Assembly: GCF_009914755.1 (NCBI RefSeq)
Contig: NC_060928.1
DNA from: the human T2T-CHM13v2.0 reference genome, Homo sapiens
Direction: 5' to 3' (one strand)
DNA length: 64,000 nt
Made by a program: the position numbers and the translations under genes. Positions 54,518 to 64,000 of this stretch are shown piece by piece. Below the pieces are notes generated by a model. It was not told the origin of the DNA. It was given only the letters and a program-made list of their open reading frames with translations, and did not search any database. Every line of letters starts with the position of its first letter. Position 1 is the stretch's first letter.

Positions 54518-56372
54518 GATTGGCAAACCAATATATGTGTACACTTTTAAAGTTCAAATAATGGATGTGTATAATAGGTATTTACATGCATAAATATGTA
54601 TGCCTATATTTATATATATATACATACACACACTAGCACCTACATTTTACGTATCAAGTGACTGTTGATTAATCAACAAATAATCCTAATCTTGTCAATC
54701 AAGATAACTTTTGCACTATTTCATTATTTTCCTAATTAGTATTCTCCAATTACTAGTGAAGAAGCAAGTCTGTCGTTTCTGACTTTCTTTCTTTCAAGTG
54801 TCTCTGTCATTGGCCCATGCAGATTTCACTTGGGCTGTGAACTGAGGTTTTCAGCCCTCACTGGAGCCAGATGGCAGAAAGATTGTTGGTAGGGCTCTAA
54901 GCCAGGCAGAAGGCACCCTGCTCTGAGGCACAGCTTTGTTTAATACAACAGCTCCCCTGTGCCCAACACTCATACTGCCCCAGGAAGTCATGCCAAAGCC
55001 CAATCCTGCCAACATTCATGATGCAGAGAAGGAAGCCACAGACTAATCCAACTGGACCAAGCACCCATCTCTCCTTCACTGACTAAAGCAAATCAAGGGC
55101 CAACTGTAACATTCAAAACCAGACGGTCGACAATCCTGTCAACTGGAACAGCATATTTTAATAGAAAATATAGTTGATTCCAAAATCCAAGAGCTACCCA
55201 TCTGTACTCTCAATGAGAAATATAAATAAACAAAAGGATCATGCATTTTATTAATCTTTTTGAAAACTACTGACTCTTGGCTGATGGTGGGTAAGGACTC
55301 ATATTTTGTCAGTAGTGGCCAAAAAATGACAATATTTTAATAGTAAAAAACTCAGCCTGAGATGTTGTTAGGGAAAGAAAAAGATTGTCTCCCAGTTCTA
55401 GTGATCTGTAGGATCCCAGATCTAGTGATCCTATAGGAACGTCTAAGACAGTGAAACATGAAGAGTTAATGGTCACTCTTCATAAGAGGACACACAAGGA
55501 AGAAATTCTACAGACAACAGCAAAAAGAAATGCTCTTGTGGGGTGAAACTACACTGTCCATGGACTTTTACCACTGCTTTGTGGAGAATTGTTGTGAAAA
55601 TATAGAATAAGTAGCTGCAGGAATTCTCTCATCAGACACTATTATGCCACCTCCCAAGTAACATTAGTGTACAGTGCAAAATTTGGAACTAAAGGAAAAA
55701 AACACTTATTTGAGAAAACATTGACATTTACAGGTAGTTACATTACATTTAGCAGCTTGTTGTTCCTTTGATCATCTATGAGCTGCCTAAAGCAGTTTGC
55801 TGCCGTATGGAAAAATCTAGACCCAGAGAACCAAAGATATTGTAACATGAGCCAGAATGACATTATCACTGAGAACGCAGCAACATGCAATGAGAGGAGT
55901 CGGCCTGCCTGAGAAACTCAAGATCTCCTTGGAAATGCCTTCTTTTTCTTTAGACATAGTCACTGACTCTTTCTAGCTTGTCTCAAGGTGAGACTTCATC
56001 CCAGGTATTTCCTGTGAAGTAAGATTGTTTCACCAGAACCTGAAACATTTTTCCATCACACATTGCCTCACAGTATGTGACAATAAAATGGACTTCAGTC
56101 ATGTTATTTACATGGAAGAACTGGGCTTGGCAAATTTGCTATGTTCTGTATGAAACCAAGTATACCTTTTAAACTGCCTAAGAGTTTGATCTATTACAAA
56201 TATAACAGGACAAACTCTTTTGACCCATGGTTAAACAAGCTCTCCAAGACTGGAATTTAAAAGGACATGGCATAAATTCTGTGGTGAGTTGAGACCTCTA
56301 GGTATCAAGTCTCAGCAAAGTCAGGTGTCCTTCTCATTGCCTCCCAGGTGGAGATTCAAGAATGAACATGTT

Positions 56373-56682
<310 letters not shown>

Positions 56683-59600
56683 GAATGAACATGTTGAGAT
56701 GACACATTCTAGCATGGACCTCCCATTATGGTAGGTTATTCAATCCAGCTTAGCAACTTATTTTATCCCAGGAACAAGGGACTGAATTCTATGTGGGTCA
56801 CATTTGTACAGCTAAAACCCCCCGTGATCACTGGATAATAATGCAGCCTTATGTTCTGCACGGTCTAGCTGTATATAGTGGGGACACGTGATCACCTTCT
56901 CAGGCTTGGTTTTTTTTCTGTCTAGCCAATGGACTTCAGACTGTCAGAGAGTCTTCACTTTAGACTGACTACAAATCACCTGCAGAGTTTCGTATACATA
57001 CAGCTGCAGTAGGTCTAGGATGGAGACCAGATCTCCTGTGTTAAAGAATCTTCCAGGCGGTTTGGACACCAACGGGGTGTAAACCACACTGTTGAACCAG
57101 AGAGAGACGATGACTTTGAACTCTGAAGGACCATCTCAGTTCTAAAGCATCTAGCACCAGAGTCAGCCCCCAGCAAATTGAGAAACTAGACTTTGGGCTC
57201 AGGAAATACCTCCCTGGGTCAAAGTAAACCAAGTTAAGGTGGCAAATTTCCCCCCAAAGTTCTTGTTATTGTCAGCAGCATCAATAGGAATAGGGTATTT
57301 GTTCAGCAGCCCTGTTACATTCCCAAAGGCAGATTGCAAAGATCACGTGGCTGTGTCATTTAAATTTCAGAAATACAAGAGACTTGGAGCCATTTATATT
57401 AGAGTCAGTTTTGTCAAAACAATTTATGGTACATCTCACACCCTGCATGTTTCATAAAACCCTTTCTATAGAAAGGGAGATTATTGTGGACCAACCTACC
57501 ACAGCATTGCCTACTACCAGTGACTGCATTTTGTGATATATTAAGTTATCCTGGTTGGAATTCTACTGTTGATTGTCTAGTGCTATATCCAGTAACAAAT
57601 CACATGTATGTTATAAGACATCCAGACTGATGTGGGCTCAGAAGGCACCTGCATAAAGTTTTTCAAAAGAACAGTCATAAGTTTTACTAGATGTGACAAA
57701 CCTTATAAAAGTTAAATAATGTCACGCTTTATAAGCATTTCATTTAATACAACTGAACACATGGAGGGCATTGAGGATAATATTTAATTTTTTCCATATG
57801 TGGATTTAATACCACATAGAAGTTCTAGTCCCAGATTGCTAATTTTCCACCATGTGGTAGCCATTTAGTTGTATTTTTTAAAACACTTACCAAATTACAG
57901 AGTCGAGTTTCAGAGGCAGCAGCTATGAGGAGGTTTAGGGTGCATGGTATCCCTTTGGCTTAGCCCTGGGTCTCATGAGGAGGCAGTAAATCGTGACAGT
58001 ATTTTCATGGCAGCACTGACTGCTTTTCATAAGAATGAAGGTGAGTTTGCAAAGCCACATGCTAATGCACTTCTAAAAATAGATTTGATGAATGGGACTC
58101 CTTCAAATTCTGACCAGTTTTAACCACCTATTGGAATGCAGACCAGCACGGAAGATTCAGCTTTTTCAGACGTGTCTATGAATTATAAGGCTTTCAAAAA
58201 AATTTTTACTCTGGAAAAGTGAGCTGGACCCAGAGTTTTAATTGCTCATTCTTCAAAGTGAGACTTCAGATATGTCATTTAGCCTCTTCTTTGCTTGTGT
58301 ATATTTATATCTTTAATTGGGACAATAATATTTTCCTTCATTTTCATAGCAAAGAAAAGAACAGTCTTAGATAGTCAGGTTAGAGGAACAGCACCTCCCA
58401 ATACCAGCTACAGTTTATCTTCTATGACCATAAACAGGGAATTGAATCTTCTAGACAAGAAAGACCAAACGTCTCTCTATTTATTCATTTTCTGTCTTAT
58501 TCTAAAATAGCTTTGAGTAGCTGAATCAGCTACTCAAAGAATTTGAAGAAATTCTTAGAAAGAGACAAAACCCTATTGGCAGGGTGTTTGGGTCGGCAGG
58601 TGAAGGCACATATCATTCATGCCCAGCACCACCATCTAATGTGATCAATGCACAAGAAGGTGCCGTGAAACTTTAACGCTCCATCCAAATGTTAGTAATT
58701 ATTATTAACCCAGTGAGACTGAGCAGAAACCTGGAACCACTGGTCAGAGCCGACATCTGGATTCGATGGTCAGAAATAAGGACACCACGCTGTATACCTA
58801 TTTGATGATTCATGTCTGTCTGGCCCAGGATAAGAAATACCCTTTCAAAATCATCAACCCCTGGGCAGACATGTTTTATCTCCCTGAACCAATTACAGTT
58901 AATTCTCCCGGGTTCACATAGTTTGGGACCAAGTCTATTTCACACAAAACTGAATACTCCAGACAACGTACCTGGGAAAACTTAAAAATGCATACATGGG
59001 ACTCTCCACGGAGCCTCGTAACACAGCGTGGGCGATGGGCATAACTGTATGACTTTCGGGTTTGCAAAACTAGCGGGCGCAGCCATCAGAGCCCCAGAGT
59101 AGGAGACTGTCCAGTGAGAGAGACTGCCTGCCAGAATTCTGGAGTGATCTCTCGGCCAAAGAGTATTTAATGGAATCAAAAGTCATACACACTTTTACTC
59201 AGGCAAAGAAAAAGTGGCATCTCGTTTTCTATGACTAATTGACCCTCTCACCCAGCCTCACGGGGCTGGCTACCAGAGGGAGTTGGAGTGAAACCCTTTC
59301 AACTTTCCATTTAATGGTGTCTCATTCTCTTACACTTCAAAAAGTCTCGTAGCAACTGGCTGTGTCTCTTGGGGTAAACATTCTGACTTTCAGGTATCCA
59401 CAGCAATGGCCCAGGCAACAGGCATATGTGATGTGAGGAAGAGGCTTTGAGTCTGCATGGGTCCTTTGAGTCTTCACTAATTTCTGCTGCAGAGCCACCA
59501 GCTGGCCACGTTTCCTGGGACCTGGAAGATTCTGCTAAGGCATGCCTGGTGAGGTTGTCTTTACTTTATTTTCTGGGACAGTGCCTTGTGCGGCTGTGGG

Positions 59601-59959
59601 CCCTTTCCCCACCACCTCACCCCAGATCTCTTCTGTGGCCATGTCTGTCTCCTGGAGGGCTGTTTGTGGTGTGACCTTTGCAGCAGGGTCACACCCATTT
59701 ACCACGGTGGCCCCTGCAAGAAAGGCCTCAGCTCCCAGCAGAGCTGGTGACCGGGGACCTCCCCTGTGCCCTCAGGGCCCCAGCAGGCTAACCAGGCTCC
59801 CTCTGCCCTGCCATAGCACATTCCCTCTGTGATCACGGCCCCATCCCACCAACGTTCAAAACAGTGCACAGGAGAACAGGCCTCCTGCCACGCGCTGTCC
59901 CTCAGCCTCGCCTCCTCTGTGAGATTTCAGCCGGGAGTGGGAGCCACGATGCTCATCCG

Positions 59960-60248
59960 CTGTCTACCTGCCTCTCTCTCCCTTACCTGCTGCATCTACC
60001 TGCCTCTCTCTCCCTTACCATGCTGCGATGCCTGGCTGTGTCTACCTGCCTCTCTCTCCCTTACCTGCTGCGATGCCTGGCTGTGTCTACCTGCCTCTCT
60101 CTCCCTTACCTGCTGCATCTACCTGCTTCTCTCTCCCTTACCTGCTGCGATGCCTGGCTGTGTCTACCTGCCTTTCTCTCCCTTACCCGGCTGCGATGCT
60201 TGTCTGTGTCTACCTGTCTCTCTCTCCCTTACCTGCTGCAATGCCTGG
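59960..60248. repeat. Composite minisatellite of about 45-bp and 32-bp related units (tctacctgcctctctctcccttacctgctgc core)
   Basis: About seven copies of the core, some with an added gatgcctggctgtg linker. Confidence 0.9.
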
Positions 60249-60779
60249 CCATGATGTAAGGGTTCTCCACCTCCTCTGCAGCAGGGAAAGGACTTCCCTA
60301 AGATCGGACTCTGGTTCCCTCCATCCTATGACTCACAATACCCCTCTGTGATCCAGGCTGGTCACAGATATGCTAATAAAGTGAAAGAAATTTAGAAAAC
60401 TCATTTCCACCTCTCTAGCCCCTGGCTTTTCAGCCTGAGGTAGATTCCAAAGCAGGGGCACGTCATGCAGACTCAGGAGGCAGCTGAAAGGTGCTCCTGC
60501 AGGCCCAATAGGGGATAATTTGAACACCAAAATAATTAAGGACAGTAACAAATTACAGACCATTTACAAGATCTTGTTAATGAGTCCATGCCAATAATCA
60601 ATAGGTAAACAAATCAGTGCAGGGAAAAGAAGGATCTCACTAATAGTAGAACACTAAGCGTCAACTGGGAAACATGAAGAAGCAACTGTCACTTCGCAGC
60701 CACCACGGTAAACTTCAGTTCAGTAACCAACAGAGGCCAAATCTAGGGGGAGATTTTCGTGTGATTTGCATGGTCTCCC

Positions 60780-61590
60780 AGAGATTAAAGTGATTCAAGT
60801 TACCATCAACATTGAAGAACAGATGGACATCCCGTGCCCCTAGAGAAAAACACACATCACTTCTGGCCCAGAATGAGGAGCCTGAATCTAACCACGCAGA
60901 GCCGTCGGACAAACACAAACCACGCAGACCCGTCGGACAAACACAAACCATGCAGAGCCGTCGGACAAACACAAACCACGCAGACCCGTCGGACAAACAC
61001 AAACCATGCAGAGCCGTCGGACAAACACAAACCAGGCAGACCCGTTGGACAAATTCAAAATGAGAAACCGTCTCTCTTTCTGAAACGGACTGTATTCTTC
61101 AAAGTGTCCACGTCATAAAAGGCAAAAATAGGCTTCTGAAATGTTCCAGGAGGCTAGAAAAACGCATGACAATCTCTTCCTAGACTGGATCATGTACTGG
61201 AGGAAGAAAAAAGGCTGGGAAGGACTTTATGGGGTCAGTTGACAAAAATGGAACGCTGATGGTAGTTGGACAGGATCACTGTAGCAACATTAACTGTTCT
61301 AAAGAGATATCCTTATTCTTCAAAAATACACACTGAAGTTTTAGGGCCATGATGAATGCAATTTACTCTGAAATAGTACAGGACAAAAATATCAAGAAAA
61401 AATTAAAATATGCATAAAACATACATAAAAATAGAGAGGGCAAAAGTAAAAAGAGAGAGAAAAAAGCAAATAAGAGAGAAAAAGGAAAATAATGCTAAAA
61501 GTAGATTAATCTGGGTAATCAGGTGTCCTATGTACTATTCTTATTTTAGTAATTTTTCTTTAAATGTGAAACTATTTCCAAATCAAAGTT
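60780..61590 (+). mobile_element. L1MC/L1ME 3' end hosting a 28-bp minisatellite
   Basis: cagatggacatcccgtgcc; cctgaatcta; ctgtattcttcaaa; aaatacacactgaagtt; actatttccaaatcaaagtt. Confidence 0.7.
60890..61053. repeat. 28-bp minisatellite, 6 copies, alternating gagcc/gaccc (56-bp higher-order pattern)
   Basis: ccaYgcagaSccgtcggacaaacacaaa at 60892, 60920, 60948, 60976, 61004, 61032. Confidence 0.95.
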
Positions 61591-63077
61591 GTTGTTGTTG
61601 TTTTTAATTTCTGTCTTTCCCTTACATGTGTTGTATAATTTGGTGGTTTTATCGCAACCTGTAATTTCTGAAAATATTAGAGTGGTCTATGAATAAATAA
61701 AATAAATTTTATGATGCTTTCAAATAATCTTTAACAAGAAAAAAATACAGGTAAGGAGCAAATTAAACATTTGAAAAATAAACTACAGATTTACATATAA
61801 AAGCATGATCACCGATTTGATCAGGAAAAAAGCTAAATAGAACTGTGAAAAATGCAATATTTTTGTCAGTTTAAAATATAAAGGAATATTTTCTTTAGCT
61901 AAAATTATGCACAGAGTGAGATTATAAAACATATTTTCACATCATATTTTTTCAAAATTGTGTTTTTAATTCACAGATATTTCTAGACTGTCAAAATAAA
62001 ACAAAATTTATTTCTATAGAGGATAAAGTTTCTAGCGTAAACACAACACACGATTTTTTTAGGCAGTGGGAATGCTATTGTTTTCTCTGAATTCATAGGC
62101 AAGTTATAATAACCTCCTCTTTTCAATTCTATGAAGTTTTAGAGTTTTGTTTCAGGAACTTAAAACTTCTTTTCAGATTTTTGGTGAACCTTTTACTTTC
62201 TCTCTTCAGATACCTGGTATCTTTATGTATTTTCAAAAGGGAAGCTGAAGATGTACTGAATTTAATGTTTAAATAAAGAAAATGTCTTACTATTCTAAAT
62301 CTTGTGTTCTAGCAGGATAAACACTTTAAAGAAATGCAATGGAACTCTTTCAACAGAATTTCCGGGTCCAAAAGGTAGGTGGTGATTATTTTGGGGAGAG
62401 GTTTCTTGCAACCTGAAATTATGCCAGGTAAAGCCTACCCCCAATTTCTTAAGGGCTGTCCTGTGGTTATTGCCTGTCAGACAGCTGACAAATAAACTGG
62501 CTTAAAAGAAAAAACCTAAAATAAAATATGTCAAAAAGCTAAAATATAACATAAACACATAAAATGTAAAACTAACACAAAGCACAAGTTTATAAGTAGC
62601 TTTTGGACAAAGCCTGCATTTCTTTGCCACATGAAATAGAACATGAAAGCAGGATAATTCCTGCTTAAACAAAGATCGAGTTTCCTTTAGATCTCTGTGA
62701 CAAAATCTCACCCACTGTCACTTCCACAAGCAACACCGTTTTCTGCGGAACTGAGGAGATGCCTCCATCTGAGCAACAATGTCTACCTTCTGACCTTCCG
62801 CACTTGAACCTCCCTGGCGCCATGTCTCCCTGAGCTGTCAACAGCACAGCACACTCCCAGTCACCCACCAAAAATGCAAAAATCTCTTTTAAAGAAAAAT
62901 AGGAAGGCACAAGCTCACTGTGAGCTGGTAAACTTTAGATACATAGAATCCTTATCTGGTGACATAACTTGTAACCTGATTTGCTCGAACACCGAGAGCC
63001 ATGACCAGTCTACAAGGGCCTTTCAGGGAATGAGAAAAGGTTCTCTTTAGAGAGAAGCAATCCTCCAGCACCTTCTC

Positions 63078-63529
63078 CAATTCTGTGGGTTCTGCTCCAT
63101 GTGATAGCATCTGAAGCTGTGGTTGTCTGGGGTTCAACTGGGCTGAAATACGCGAAATGCTTCACTCATGTGATTGGCATTGGTGCTGGCCATCAGCTGT
63201 GAGCTCATCCAGGGCATCTAAGGGAGCATTTCCATTCGCTTCTACATGGCCTCTCCCTGCGTCTTGGACTTCTTACAGTATGGAGACAGGTTCCCAAGAC
63301 TGAGGATCTCAAGAGCAAGCATTCCAAGAGAAATGAAGTGGCTGTCACTTAAGGCTTAGGCTTAGGAGCTCCAAATGCCATCTCTGTCACATTCTATCCT
63401 AAAGCAGTCACAAGGCCAGCTTGGATTCTAGTGACGGGAAATCTGTTCTGTCTTTTGACAGGATGGGCAGGAAGCATATGCGGAGAGAGGTGGAATGTTG
63501 TGGACCGTCTCAGGAGACAAGCTACCACA
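63078..63529 (-). mobile_element. MLT1H-like MaLR LTR
   Basis: caattctgtggg...gcttcactcatgtg..tacatggcctctcc...aaagcagtcacaaggccagc...ctaccaca. Confidence 0.7.
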
Positions 63530-64000
63530 CTGCACAGCTGACATTGGGCAGCCCTGCCCGAGCCCAGCGGCCTTGCTGATACCCATGTCCTCGGATGATC
63601 TGTTTTTGGTTTTGCTTTTGTTATTTTTGCTAGGTTCACAGTCAAATCAGGATAAGTCCGAACGGTCCCAAATCACCCGATCCTCAACCTCATTGTTCTG
63701 GCAGTCTAAAAAGTAATCATGGTCTACCTACTCACATTTAAATACACATTTTAAAAATAATTCTTTCCTTAAAGCCGATCTTTAAATCAATCATCCTTCT
63801 GCATTTTAGCTGTCTGGATGCCAGTCTTATCTTTCCCCTATGGTCTTCTCATTTCCCAGTCATTATAAATTAGTGTGTCAAAAATTCACGTTGATGTAGC
63901 ACAACATCATATCCATAATATAATTCATGCCTTCAATGAAAGAGTTTTGCTTCAAAGGTAGACGTCATTAGTAAGTGGTGAAATTTCACATGTGGTTAAA

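Noticed and set aside
59829-60351. Cys/Leu/Pro-rich repetitive ORFs
   Set aside because: Products of the composite minisatellite with frame-shifting unit lengths
62210-62374. 165-nt segment between a good acceptor and AAG|GTAGGT donor as a coding exon
   Set aside because: Stop codons in all three frames; at most a non-coding or pseudo-exon

Overview
Primate (human-like) genomic DNA with no supportable protein-coding exon, RNA gene or CRISPR array. The window reads as intergenic or deep intronic sequence built from interspersed repeats: about a dozen Alus, an L1PA with a 5' inversion, old L1M/HAL1/L2/MIR, ERV LTRs (LTR12, MER4, MER74, LTR33-like, MLT1/2) and hAT DNA transposons (Charlie1, MER30, MER63). 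It also carries an unusually large set of minisatellites and local tandem duplications. All long ORFs trace to L1 ORF2, Alu/LTR sequence or VNTRs. I found no new biological system. The most interesting signals are: (1) a 10-copy 34-bp VNTR that amplified an NF-Y CCAAT box inside an old LTR; (2) a 28-copy 33-bp VNTR forming a de novo CpG island; (3) an L1PA with twin-priming inversion plus an apparent 3' transduction; (4) a Pol-theta-like templated insertion that copied 50 bp from 3.6 kb away; (5) an L1>Alu>LTR12 nest whose LTR12 appears to have lost its AATAAA core promoter; (6) a repeat-free, homeodomain-motif-dense candidate enhancer near 10.6-11.3 kb. Repeat families were assigned by eye against remembered consensus sequences; subfamily calls and boundaries of old elements are approximate and need RepeatMasker/Dfam confirmation.
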